A DNA stretch of 64,000 bases. Source: Promethearchaeati archaeon. Lineage in GTDB: Archaea; Asgardarchaeota; Heimdallarchaeia; Heimdallarchaeales; Heimdallarchaeaceae. Positions 17,610-27,325 of this stretch are shown here, one piece after another; the stretch's first letter is position 1; each line of letters starts with the position of its first letter. Location of the stretch: the NCBI GenBank assembly GCA_013166775.1, contig JABLTJ010000001.1:130237-194236 (forward strand). The letters are read 5' to 3'. Position numbers and translations under genes: made by a program. The notes under the pieces are model-generated. The model was not told the DNA's origin, made no database searches, and saw nothing but the letters and a program-made list of their open reading frames with translations.

Positions 17610-18557
17610 TTACAAAATATTTACTTTTAGTTTTAGAACTCTTATGAATTCTTTGTATCTATTTCGTAGAGTGACTTCAGTGATTTGACAAGTTTTAGCT
17701 ATTTCATTTTGTGGGCATTTAATTTTGTTTTGTAAGGCTGAAATATACAAAGCAGCTGCTGCAAGTGAATTAGGATTCTTTCCTACTGTTATTTTTGCTG
17801 CTTTAGCTTGAGCTAAAATATTCTGAGCGTCTGATAGAACTTTTGGTGAAAAATTCAATGCTGAAGCAAATTTAGCAATACTGCTTTCTGGACTTGCCAA
17901 TGGCATTTTCAAATCCAAGTGTTTTAAGAGCAACCTGAAATTCTTTGCTAACTTCTTTTTTGTTAAACGAGTTTTATCAGCAACATCTTCAAGACTTGCT
18001 GGATGTTTATGTAATCTGCATGATAAATAAAGAGCTGCAGAAACCAATGCTTCTGTTGATCTCCCCCTAACTAATCCAGTTTTCAAAATCTTACGATAAA
18101 TCATTGCAGCTGTTTCTCTAACCTTCACTGTTAAATTTAATTGGCTACTAATTCTCTTTATCTCATTCAAAGCTCTTAACAGATTTCTTTCGGTTCCGTA
18201 TTGAAGAACCGCTCTTCTTTGCAGTGTTCGTAATCGAAACATCTGGCTAGCTTTCTCTGGTGAGAGCGAGTTACCATAGATATCTTTGTTTGAATAATCG
18301 ATAAGGGTACCATAATGATCGTAACTTAGAAGATTTTTCGGTGTTCCTGTTCTTGCTCTTTTGATATGTTGATCCTTTGAATATGCTCTCCATTCAGCAG
18401 TTTGATCAATATAAGAATCCTCTACAACTAATCCGCAGTTTCCACAACTTATTTCTCCTCTAGAAGAATCAAAAGTTAGTTTTGTAGAATTGCAATCGGG
18501 GCATCGAGGAAGTGATGGTTCTAAACTGCTAGTAACATTAATTGGCTCAGGAGTCAT
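17610..18557 (-). CDS. tfb: transcription initiation factor IIB (TFB)
   Basis: N-terminal zinc ribbon CPDCNS...CGNCGLV, B-reader/linker, then two cyclin-fold repeats (RGRSTEALVSAALYLSCR and NPNSLAAAALYISA). Confidence 0.95.
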   Translation of the reverse strand: MTPEPINVTSSLEPSLPRCPDCNSTKLTFDSSRGEISCGNCGLVVEDSYIDQTAEWRAYSKDQHIKRARTGTPKNLLSYDHYGTLIDYSNKDIYGNSLSPEKASQMFRLRTLQRRAVLQYGTERNLLRALNEIKRISSQLNLTVKVRETAAMIYRKILKTGLVRGRSTEALVSAALYLSCRLHKHPASLEDVADKTRLTKKKLAKNFRLLLKHLDLKMPLASPESSIAKFASALNFSPKVLSDAQNILAQAKAAKITVGKNPNSLAAAALYISALQNKIKCPQNEIAKTCQITEVTLRNRYKEFIRVLKLKVNIL

Positions 18558-18797
18558 ACATACACCGAATCAGTCTGGACTATATTTTAACTATCACATA
18601 TTTAAACTTGGCTGAATATTCTAAATGCAAAATTCAGACTAAATTTTCTCTAAGAAATGATTTTTTTTACATAATTATGCCAGTTTCTCTTGAAAATAAT
18701 TTGTTAAAGATAAAAACCGTTAAAAACATGATACTTGGCTAATAATTATTCAATACTATAATTTGTAGTATCAAGAAAGTTATAGAGGAACATCAAA

Positions 18798-19205
18798 ATG
18801 TCAAGGGATTCAAGACAACTAGAATTTAAACTTAATATTGGAGACAAAAAAGGAAAGTGTTACACAAAAATAGTTAGAGAAGCTCAAGCAAATGCTTTAA
18901 TTGGGTTACAAATCGGAGCAAAGGTTGATGGAAATCTTATAGGCTTACCAAATTTTGAGCTAATCATTACTGGTGGAAGTGATACAGACGGTTTTCCCCA
19001 TAGAGCAAGCATTGAAGGTTCAGGTAGAAGAAAATACCTCCTTAAGGGTGGAACTGGTTATCGCGTCCCACGTAAGGGAAGACGAGTTAAGAAATCAGTT
19101 AGAGGAAATATAATCTCAGAAGCATCCTATCAAATTAATATGAAAGTTGCAAAAGAAGGAAGCAAATCTCTTGAAGAATTAATAACTGTGATTACTCCTT
19201 CTTAG
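18798..19205 (+). CDS. rps6e: 30S ribosomal protein S6e (eS6)
   Basis: ITGGSDTDGFPHR and GRRVKKSVRGN match eS6. Confidence 0.9.
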   Translation: MSRDSRQLEFKLNIGDKKGKCYTKIVREAQANALIGLQIGAKVDGNLIGLPNFELIITGGSDTDGFPHRASIEGSGRRKYLLKGGTGYRVPRKGRRVKKSVRGNIISEASYQINMKVAKEGSKSLEELITVITPS

Positions 19206-19230
19206 CTATTTTTAAAAAAACAATTTTACT

Positions 19231-19716
19231 CTAATTACTTTTTTCTTCATCTGGTGATTCAGTAAAGAAGATATACACTACTGAAAGAACAATCATAGCA
19301 AATAATACACCAAATACAGTCCATTGCATTCCTGAAGTAAAATTTGTGGGTAAAGCCGGACCTGCAGGATGTATTGAAGTTATGAACCATGTTATTAACA
19401 AGGAAATAATTGCACTGATCACTATTGTTCCCCAAGAAGGAAGTTTAGCTCTGATTTCACCATAAGTTGCTATGGCAATAAGAAAGAAGAAATAAAAACC
19501 AGATATTAGAAGAAACTCAATAATTGTCAATCCTGCTTTATAAGGTAAAACTTCACTATTTAAGTTAGGATAAAAACCTTTAATCCATTCTGGAGCACTT
19601 GCTTGGTCAATGCTTGCAAATAAAATAGCAAAAATCAAACAAGTTATTGATATAACTGCTGTGATTAGAAGCGTTCGATTCCTTTCATCTTTCCAAATTG
19701 TTTCATACAAGCTCAT
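19231..19716 (-). CDS. integral membrane protein (4-5 TM helices)
   Basis: 161 aa, strongly hydrophobic segments, ATG start. Confidence 0.65.
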   Translation of the reverse strand: MSLYETIWKDERNRTLLITAVISITCLIFAILFASIDQASAPEWIKGFYPNLNSEVLPYKAGLTIIEFLLISGFYFFFLIAIATYGEIRAKLPSWGTIVISAIISLLITWFITSIHPAGPALPTNFTSGMQWTVFGVLFAMIVLSVVYIFFTESPDEEKSN

Positions 19717-19941
19717 TATTTTTCTTCTCCGAGTTAATTTTTCTTCTTTCCACGTTTACACAGTCACGAAGGAGTGTTATGTCAAACAGTTTATTAATTT
19801 TTGGCTTTTAGATTTTTTACACTGTAAGAAATAAAATATTTAATGTTTTTGATAAAATATGATTCTAATGTGAAAGACTACAAAGAGAGAAAGTTTTTGA
19901 AGAGTGAAATAAACAATTTTGTTGTTTAAAGAGGAGAAAAG

Positions 19942-20790
19942 ATGCAGAAGGACAAGGATTTTTCTTTTAATACTTCTTCTTCTAGTGAGAATTTTATCTC
20001 CTTAGATCAGACAAATTCAATCGAAACCTTCTGTGAAATAGCTAATCAACTGTCAGTATCAGTTTTGTTCTTCGAAGATATTACAATTAGTGAAAGAAAT
20101 ACAATGATACTGAATATAGAAAGTCGTCCATACAATGTTTTTTCTCCAAGTTTTGTATATGAACAACTCAAGAATGAACACACTAGCAATGAAAGAATAA
20201 AAGATGGCTTCAACAAATTTCTGATAGCAAAAGAAAATAATTCAATAATTGTAGCTACTAGAAAAACATTATTTGAATCAACAAAAGATGAATTAATGCG
20301 CGCTCTTTCTAAGAATAGAAGACAATATGAGATTATTTCAGTAAATACTAACAATAAGGATTTATTGAAATGGGTTGCTCACGATAGAAGACTAGATTAC
20401 ATAAGTATAGATTTACGAAGTAAACCTTCTATCATAGATAATGCTCTATGCTCTCTGGTAAAACAAAATAGTAAATGTTTTGAAATTATCTTATCTCCCC
20501 TACTTCTATCTGATAATAATAAGGATTTTAGTAGTATAATTAGAACTGGTAAGAAAATTATGAAATTAATATTATCTTACAACGCACCATTCATCTTTAC
20601 TATGTGTCCACAGACACCCATGCAAATGCGATCAGGTAAACTTCTCCGATATATTGGTGAATTGTTAGGGGTGCCTTTTAACAAATCTAAATTAGCTGTG
20701 TTTGATTATCAACTGTCTACTTTAGTAGATAATACAGTAAAGCTACATGAAAATTACGTCTTTAAAGGAGTTAAGGAGGTTATTGGATAA
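19942..20790 (+). CDS. rnp3: probable RNase P protein component 3 (Rpp30) with N-terminal extension
   Basis: Its stop overlaps the start of the Pop5 gene (TAATG), the conserved archaeal Rpp30-Pop5 pair. TIM-barrel-like alternating pattern (DYISIDL, FEIILSPLL, APFIFTMCPQTPMQMRS). The call rests mainly on context. Confidence 0.55.
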   Translation: MQKDKDFSFNTSSSSENFISLDQTNSIETFCEIANQLSVSVLFFEDITISERNTMILNIESRPYNVFSPSFVYEQLKNEHTSNERIKDGFNKFLIAKENNSIIVATRKTLFESTKDELMRALSKNRRQYEIISVNTNNKDLLKWVAHDRRLDYISIDLRSKPSIIDNALCSLVKQNSKCFEIILSPLLLSDNNKDFSSIIRTGKKIMKLILSYNAPFIFTMCPQTPMQMRSGKLLRYIGELLGVPFNKSKLAVFDYQLSTLVDNTVKLHENYVFKGVKEVIG

Positions 20791-21140
20791 TGGTTACGAT
20801 TGAAAGAGATAGATATGTGGTTTTTAAAATCCTCCTTGATGATACAAAAACTGAAATCGAAGATTTGAAGAGAAATGTATGGTCTATGTATCAAAGATTA
20901 TATGGTCTAGATGGAACAACTGAAGCAGGATTATTCTTTGAAGAATATGATAATGAGAAAAGAATAGGATTAGTTCGTTGTAATAGTAAATCTCTGTCTT
21001 ATCTTATGACATCCTTTGCAATGATTAGAGAAATAGATGGTGCGGAGCTTTTGATACTTCCTTTATTTGTAACCGGTTTAATTAATAAAGCAAAAAAATA
21101 TGTTTCAGCATTAAGTAGTCCTAACCATAATATTGATTAA
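20790..21140 (+). CDS. rnp2: RNase P protein component 2 (Pop5)
   Basis: N-terminal RDRYVVFKILLDD and GLVRCNSKSL resemble archaeal Pop5. Size 116 aa. Translationally coupled to the upstream gene. Confidence 0.7.
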   Translation: MVTIERDRYVVFKILLDDTKTEIEDLKRNVWSMYQRLYGLDGTTEAGLFFEEYDNEKRIGLVRCNSKSLSYLMTSFAMIREIDGAELLILPLFVTGLINKAKKYVSALSSPNHNID

Positions 21141-21164
21141 ATAATAACCGTGATTTTTCTTAGA

Positions 21165-21653
21165 ATGATAAATAACGAAGACTCTAAAGATATTACTGAT
21201 ATACAAAGACCTTCTTGGGATAACTACTTCATTCAAATTGCAGAGATTGTAAAAACAAGATCAACTTGTATAAGAAGGCAAGTTGGAGCGGTTTTAGTTA
21301 ATGATAAGCGACAGATTGTTTCAACAGGTTATAATGGAGTTCCAAGAGGAATAAAACATTGTACAAAAGCAAACTGTACAAAACTCTATGAAGAATCAGG
21401 TGAAAAAAATGAGTTGTGTCCTGCAGTACATGCTGAATTAAATGCAATTTTACAGGCAGCTACAGCTAGTTTTAGTCCTGAAGGAACTACTCTTTATACA
21501 ACAACAAGACCATGCAGTAATTGTACAATGGCTATCATAAATGTCGGAATAAAAAGAGTTGTTTTTGTTGAAGACTATACAGATCCAATTCTACGTTCAG
21601 GTTGGTTGGATACTCCTGATGTGAAATTTGACAAATATGTAGAGGATAAATAA
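21165..21653 (+). CDS. dCMP deaminase (CMP/dCMP zinc-binding deaminase)
   Basis: HAELNAI (H-A-E zinc/catalytic motif) and PCSNCTMAI (PCxxC). The ORF track opens at a GTG (21150); the ATG at 21165 is more likely. Confidence 0.9.
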   Translation: MINNEDSKDITDIQRPSWDNYFIQIAEIVKTRSTCIRRQVGAVLVNDKRQIVSTGYNGVPRGIKHCTKANCTKLYEESGEKNELCPAVHAELNAILQAATASFSPEGTTLYTTTRPCSNCTMAIINVGIKRVVFVEDYTDPILRSGWLDTPDVKFDKYVEDK

Positions 21654-21659
21654 TAATTA

Positions 21660-21685
21660 AAATCAAAACAAGATTTTTTTGATTT
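21660..21685. terminator. AT-rich 9-bp hairpin with T7 run between convergent genes
   Basis: aaatcaaaa (21660-21668) pairs with ttttgattt (21677-21685), 8-nt loop. Oligo-T on both strands. Lies between the stops at 21653 (+) and 21698 (-). Confidence 0.3.
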
Positions 21686-21697
21686 AAAAGACTTCTC

Positions 21698-23263
21698 TCA
21701 GTTTTTTGAACGTAAAACTGTTAGATTTGTTGTTTTACTATATTTCGTATTACTGCTTGATTCAACTAATTTTCTTAAAGACTCCAAGACTTCTTTATCA
21801 TAAAATTCCAATAGTTTATTATTTTCTGTTTCATTCAAACTTCGTTTATTAACTAAAATTGAAAGATCACCGTTTTGATATCTATGTTTAGGAAAATCTT
21901 CATCTTCTAATTCTTTCTTCGTTTCCTTCGATATCTCTCCCTTTATTATCTCATCTTTGTTCAAATCTAGAACATGATTTGAATTTATAGTTATATACTG
22001 CTTTGCTTGCTTTGGTTGAACAGGATTAACTGATAACTGAATTGTTTTTATTACATTTAGATTTTTATCTAGAAAATAGATCTGTTTATCCTCACCTACA
22101 GTTATCAAGCGATTCTTATAGTAACTTATAGAAAGAGGTGTTTTATTGTGAATTTTCTTTTTAATCACACTCTCTAGATTAATATTATCAAATAATTGAA
22201 TTTCTCCATTATTGAAAGCTATTGCTAGAAAATCAGGTGTAACACAAGAACCTGAGATTGGAATTATTTTTGGTATTGTACTCTTAATTTCTAGTTGATG
22301 ATTAAGCGTTACAATCTCCCCTGATTCCAAGCCAACAATAATTAGTCCATCAGATGATTTTTTTAAAGACAAAGGACGTGATGGGAGTTTTATTGATTCA
22401 GTAGGGGTAGTAGTTTCTAAATCTAAAATAACTACAGTAGAATCTAGGGAAGTTGTAATTAGTTTGTTTTCTAGAAATTCAATGCCTGTTATGTGTTTGC
22501 TATGCGGAAAAAGAGTTTCAAACAATTTTCCATTATCCCTTCTCCAAAGGGATACTAAACCAAATTGATGCCCTAAGATGAAGAAATCACCAGTTATAGT
22601 ACAAACAGTTGAAGGAATTCCATATCTTCTAGCCATGCTAAAGAGAATAGTATGGGGATCTTGGTTCTCAAAATCCTTTATGTATCTACTAGCCTTTTTT
22701 ATAGCTCTAATCAATTTCTTCTTACCTATAGCATTGTTTCTGAATTTGGAAAAATCTTCTGCTTTACGAATAGAAATTAATCCGTATTGATCTGTAATTA
22801 TAATTAGATCACCACAAAGAAAGAATCTCTCCATACCTGGAATTTTTATTCTTTTCTCTTCTACCAATTCACTGTCCTTGAATTTCCATTTTTTAAGCAT
22901 GTGATCTCTACTTGCACTGATTACATAATTTCGCCAAGGTTTTCCTCCAATTATTGCTGAAGCATGAGCTTTTTTAGAACCAATCAACGAGAAATCTTTT
23001 AGAGACCAGAGTTTTAATTCTAAATCATTTGAAGTAGTGATTAGAATCTCTTCATCATTTATTTTCTGAACATCATTAATTGAGAATTTATGAGCATATA
23101 AACATCCTATTTCCTCATTGAGATTAGAATCCCAAATGCAAACTCTCCCATCCTCCCCACCAGTAAAAATGTAATCTTCTACCTCTTCTATTTTAGTAAC
23201 ACCTTTAAGATGTCCAGGTTGATGAAATAGGATTTCAATGTGTTCAGTTTCTCTATTACTCAC
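21698..23263 (-). CDS. WD40 beta-propeller repeat protein with helical C-terminal tail
   Basis: Repeats ending GGEDGRVCIWD, ELKLWSL, DHMLKKWKF, GLVSLWRR, DSTVVILDL, plus further blade-like units. Confidence 0.85.
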   Translation of the reverse strand: MSNRETEHIEILFHQPGHLKGVTKIEEVEDYIFTGGEDGRVCIWDSNLNEEIGCLYAHKFSINDVQKINDEEILITTSNDLELKLWSLKDFSLIGSKKAHASAIIGGKPWRNYVISASRDHMLKKWKFKDSELVEEKRIKIPGMERFFLCGDLIIITDQYGLISIRKAEDFSKFRNNAIGKKKLIRAIKKASRYIKDFENQDPHTILFSMARRYGIPSTVCTITGDFFILGHQFGLVSLWRRDNGKLFETLFPHSKHITGIEFLENKLITTSLDSTVVILDLETTTPTESIKLPSRPLSLKKSSDGLIIVGLESGEIVTLNHQLEIKSTIPKIIPISGSCVTPDFLAIAFNNGEIQLFDNINLESVIKKKIHNKTPLSISYYKNRLITVGEDKQIYFLDKNLNVIKTIQLSVNPVQPKQAKQYITINSNHVLDLNKDEIIKGEISKETKKELEDEDFPKHRYQNGDLSILVNKRSLNETENNKLLEFYDKEVLESLRKLVESSSNTKYSKTTNLTVLRSKN

Positions 23264-23359
23264 AAAATTAACTGAACTAGTTAGTAATTAAGATTTTACA
23301 TCAAAGTGTGTAAAAAGGAAAATCAGGCTAAATGATTTACATAGTATTTGTAGAAATTT

Positions 23360-23418
23360 TGGCTCATTTCGTCGTGAGAACATCACAATGTCAGTCTGGG
23401 ACGGTTAAATCATCGCCA
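23360..23418 (-). ncRNA. candidate C/D-box sRNA (2'-O-methylation guide)
   Basis: Minus strand reads UGGC-GAUGA(C box, GCGAUGA)-UUUAACCGUCCCAGA-CUGA(D')-CAUU-GUGAUGU(C')-UCUCACGACGAA-AUGA(D-like)-GCCA. Terminal UGGC/GCCA can pair; length 59 nt; intergenic between ileS and the WD40 gene. Both guides complement conserved LSU rRNA sequences as I remember them. Confidence 0.5.
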
Positions 23419-23500
23419 TTTAATATTTAATGTTTTCAGTTTTTATCTGTTACCGTTTGAGAGTTGTGGATTATAGATATTCGTTTCTAAAAGAAAAAAG

Positions 23501-26500
23501 CTATATGGGCACAATGCCTATTGCAACCTTATATCCATCAAATTCCCATTCTTTAACATGTCCATCTGTTGGTTGTTCTTCTCTAAGCTCAGTACTTAAT
23601 GTTTCACTCATTATGAAATCCTTGAATTTTTCAATTGCAATAGTTCCAAATTCATCAGCTTTGACTGTTAATTGTATGTTTTGTGTATATTCGAGATCCA
23701 ACTCTTTTCTCATTGTTTGAATGCGTCGAATTATATCTCTAACATAACCTTCTCGTTTTAGTTCTTCAGTAATCGTTGTATTAAATAAAAGGAGATATCC
23801 TTCTGATTCTTCTCCGGTAAATCCTTCAAGAACCTCTATTTTATAATTTACATCTTCTGGTGTTAAAGTATATTTCTTGTCATCAATATTCAAAGAGAAA
23901 TTTTTACCTTCTGATAACAGATTAACATAATCGCTTGCAGTTTGCGTGTCTAGCTGACTTAACTGCGTTCTGATTTTGTTTATTTCTGATTTTACTTTTG
24001 GTGCTAGAGCTTTGAAATTTGGTGATATTTGATATTTAACAAGTTCATCTGAAGTTTCTTGCAAAGCAACTTTCTTTACATTAAGTTCTTCTCGTAGCAC
24101 ATCGTTATATTTTTCTATCAATTTCTCCTTACCAATTGGTGCTATTATAACTAATTCAGACAGAGGTTGTCTAAGTTTTATGTTCGCAGACGATCTGATA
24201 CTTCTTCCAGTAGTTACTAGTGAAAGTACAGCATTCATGTCTTGGGATAATTCTGAATCAGTGTGTTTTTTGGTAAAGGTTGGATACATACACAAATGGA
24301 CACTTTCAAGTTCATCTGGATTCAATCTTCTTACGAGATTCTGGAATAGTTGTTCCGATATGAATGGTAAAAATGGTGCAAGTATTTTAGACATTGTTAC
24401 CAAAATCTCATAGGTTGTTATGAAAGCAGATTTCTTTTCCAAATCAAGTCCATCTTTCCAAAATCGACGTCGAGATTGACGTAGATACCAATTACTGAAT
24501 TTATCTAGGACAAACTTTTCAAATGCTTCAACTGCTATATGAATTGTCATATTTTCAAGTGCTTCATTTACTGCTACTATTAGATAGTTGACTTCACTTA
24601 TCAGCCATTTATCAAGCTCTGGCCTCTCTTTTAGAGGAACAAAGAATGCTTCTTTATCGAACTGATCCACATTTGAGTTTGAAACAAAGAAACTATAACT
24701 ATTCCAAAGTGTCAGTATGAATTTCTTCATCGTTTCATATATTTGATTTGCATCAACTCGTATACTATTCCATGTAGGATAAGAAAATAAAAACCATCTT
24801 ACTGCATCCGCACCATATTTTGGGATTACATCATTAGCAAAGATAACATTTCCTTTGCTTTTACTCATTTTTTTACCTTTCTCATCGAGTGTATGTCCCA
24901 TCGTTAAGCAGCTCTTGAAAGCTGGTTTATCAAATAGAGTTGTACTTATAGCAAGTAAAGTATAGAACCATCCTCGTGTTTGATCGATAGCTTCGGTGAT
25001 GAAATCATAGGGAAAGTGCTCATCGAATAATTCCTTATTTTCAAATGGATAATGATATTGAGCAAAAGGAGCACTTCCTGAATCATACCATGTGTCAACC
25101 ACATAGGGAACTCGCTCACAGATATCTTCACATTCTTGGCACTTGAAAGTTATTTCATCTACCCAAGGTCTATGTAAGCTGAAATCCTCTGGTAATAGTT
25201 TTCCATATAAGGTTTTGAGCTCCTCTAAACTTCCTATCACTGTTCTATGGCCATTACCACATATCCAGATAGGTAGAGGTGTTCCCCAGTATCTGTTTCT
25301 TGAAAGAGCCCAATCTCTTGCTTCTTTTATGAAATTCCCAAATCTTCCTTCCTTAAGATAAACAGGTTGCCAGCGTATCTTGTCATTATTCGCTACCAAT
25401 TGCTCTCTTAATTTAGACATTTCAATGAACCAAGACTCTGTTGAATAATAAAGCAAAGGCCCGTCACATCGGTAGCAGAAGGGATATGTGTGTTTATATG
25501 TACCTTTCTTGAATAACAATCCTCGATTTTCAAGATTTTTCATAATTTTAGAATCTGCTTTCTTTACAAATAATCCTGAAAAATCTCTTATTTCTTCTGA
25601 GAAGGTACCGTCTTCTAGAACTGGATTCATTAGAGGTAATCCATATTTTTTCCCTATTTCTGCATCATCCTCTCCAAATGCAGGAGCAGAGTGAACAACT
25701 CCTGTACCCTCTTCGGTGGTCACATAATTTGCTAGTGTCACATAAAACGCTTCTTCTTTAGGAACAATAAAGGGAAAGAGTTGCTCGTATTTGTTAAATT
25801 CGAGATCTTTTCCTTTGAATCTCTGAATTACAATGTAATCCACTAGTAGCTTCTCAGCTATGGCTTCAGCCAAAATTAGTTTCTCTCCATTATATTCAAC
25901 TTGAACATAATCTACTTCTGGGTGCAATGTTAGACACACATTAGATATTAAAGTCCAGGGAGTAGTTGTCCAGGCTAAATAGTATGTGTTCTCAAAATCT
26001 AAGGATTTAAATTTCACATGTATTGAAGGATCTGTTGTTTCCATCATTCCTTGTCCAACTTCTGCTTGTGATAATGGTGTTCCGCATCTTGGACAATATG
26101 GAACGACTTTATATCCCAAATACATTAATCCTTTATTATATATCTCTTTCAAAGACCACCATACGCTTTCAACGTAATTCTCGTCCATAGTAACATATGG
26201 ATTGTCAAGATCAAGCCAGAAACCTATCCTCTTAGACATATCATGCCATTCTTTTACATACTTGAATACAGACTTTCTGCAAGCTTCATTAAAATTGCTT
26301 AAACCATATTCATCAATTTGTGATTTACTACTAAATCCTAGTTCCTTTTCAACTTCAAGTTCAACAGGAAGTCCATGACAATCCCATCCTGCTATCCAGG
26401 GGACAATATTATATCCATGCATTGATTTATGTCTTAGATATACGTCTTTGATAGCTCTTGTTAAAGCATGTCCAATGTGAGGAAGACCATTAGCTGTTGG

Positions 26501-26674
26501 AGGACCTTCTAACCATCTAAAAAGAGGTCCTTCATTTCGTAATTTACGAACCTTGTCAAATATCTTCTTCTTCTCCCAGAATTCCAATACCTTTTCTTCT
26601 TCTTCTGCAAAAACAGGCAATGCTTTAACGGTTTCAAATACGTGTTTCTTCTTTTCCAAAATAAACAACTCCAA
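23501..26674 (-). CDS. ileS: isoleucine--tRNA ligase
   Basis: HIGH motif (PHIGHAL), KMSKS motif (KMSKSKGN), CP1 editing-domain size, zinc-binding Cys pairs (CPRCGT, CYRCDG). 1057 aa; apparent TTG start. Confidence 0.95.
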   Translation of the reverse strand: MELFILEKKKHVFETVKALPVFAEEEEKVLEFWEKKKIFDKVRKLRNEGPLFRWLEGPPTANGLPHIGHALTRAIKDVYLRHKSMHGYNIVPWIAGWDCHGLPVELEVEKELGFSSKSQIDEYGLSNFNEACRKSVFKYVKEWHDMSKRIGFWLDLDNPYVTMDENYVESVWWSLKEIYNKGLMYLGYKVVPYCPRCGTPLSQAEVGQGMMETTDPSIHVKFKSLDFENTYYLAWTTTPWTLISNVCLTLHPEVDYVQVEYNGEKLILAEAIAEKLLVDYIVIQRFKGKDLEFNKYEQLFPFIVPKEEAFYVTLANYVTTEEGTGVVHSAPAFGEDDAEIGKKYGLPLMNPVLEDGTFSEEIRDFSGLFVKKADSKIMKNLENRGLLFKKGTYKHTYPFCYRCDGPLLYYSTESWFIEMSKLREQLVANNDKIRWQPVYLKEGRFGNFIKEARDWALSRNRYWGTPLPIWICGNGHRTVIGSLEELKTLYGKLLPEDFSLHRPWVDEITFKCQECEDICERVPYVVDTWYDSGSAPFAQYHYPFENKELFDEHFPYDFITEAIDQTRGWFYTLLAISTTLFDKPAFKSCLTMGHTLDEKGKKMSKSKGNVIFANDVIPKYGADAVRWFLFSYPTWNSIRVDANQIYETMKKFILTLWNSYSFFVSNSNVDQFDKEAFFVPLKERPELDKWLISEVNYLIVAVNEALENMTIHIAVEAFEKFVLDKFSNWYLRQSRRRFWKDGLDLEKKSAFITTYEILVTMSKILAPFLPFISEQLFQNLVRRLNPDELESVHLCMYPTFTKKHTDSELSQDMNAVLSLVTTGRSIRSSANIKLRQPLSELVIIAPIGKEKLIEKYNDVLREELNVKKVALQETSDELVKYQISPNFKALAPKVKSEINKIRTQLSQLDTQTASDYVNLLSEGKNFSLNIDDKKYTLTPEDVNYKIEVLEGFTGEESEGYLLLFNTTITEELKREGYVRDIIRRIQTMRKELDLEYTQNIQLTVKADEFGTIAIEKFKDFIMSETLSTELREEQPTDGHVKEWEFDGYKVAIGIVPI

Positions 26675-26836
26675 AATCTTTGTTACTAACTTGATGAGGC
26701 ACGCTATGATGGTATTTTAAAAGAGTCACTTTAGTAGCGAATTTCGCGATCCATCCTGATTCCTCTTGTAACTACTTTTTTCTTACCATTTTCCACTTAA
26801 AAACTTTCTGTCTAACGATAGTGGATGCATTATCCT

Positions 26837-27289
26837 CTAATTTAGTATATTTTTACTTATTAGGAATTCCCGGAAATTGACATCCTTTGTAAAAGCTCTC
26901 AACTTCATTGCTAATTTTATAATATTTGCTGACGATGTTATTGAAACCTTACCATGAAAGAGCTCTTCTTTATCTAACCTAATGTAGAACATGTTATTCT
27001 TCTGATCAAATCTTTCATCAAATTCAATCCCTAGCTTTGTTTTTTCTTCACTGGGAGTGATAGATGAGAAATATCTAAGGATTTTTTCAATAATGCTAGC
27101 TCTTGTAAAAGCGATATTAACAAAATCAATTGGATTCTGATACCCTCCTTCAAGCTCATCAATATTAATTTCCATTTGTTCTAAGATTCCATCTGGAATA
27201 ATGTTACTTAATGATTCCATGTTTTTTTCAAGATCTTCAGTAGCATGTACGGAAAAAGTAATCACAAGTTTGGTAATTGTGATATCCAT
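26837..27289 (-). CDS. predicted RNA-binding protein of the COG1931 family (exosome-associated, DUF54-like)
   Basis: N-terminal ITFSVHATEDLEKNMESL is the family hallmark. Lies immediately downstream of rpl15e, its usual archaeal neighbour. Confidence 0.6.
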   Translation of the reverse strand: MDITITKLVITFSVHATEDLEKNMESLSNIIPDGILEQMEINIDELEGGYQNPIDFVNIAFTRASIIEKILRYFSSITPSEEKTKLGIEFDERFDQKNNMFYIRLDKEELFHGKVSITSSANIIKLAMKLRAFTKDVNFREFLISKNILN

Positions 27290-27325
27290 CCTACAACCTC
27301 TTGAGAATAGAAAAAAGAAGAAAAA

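Noticed and set aside
26683-26775. Possible C/D-box sRNA on the + strand (TTGATGA ... ATGATGG ... CTGA with flanking GTTAC/GTAAC)
   Set aside because: Box spacing does not fit: there is no D' about 12 nt after the C box and no convincing C'. The total length of ~90 nt is too long, and the putative terminal stem is offset from the boxes. The guides did not evoke any conserved rRNA sequence.
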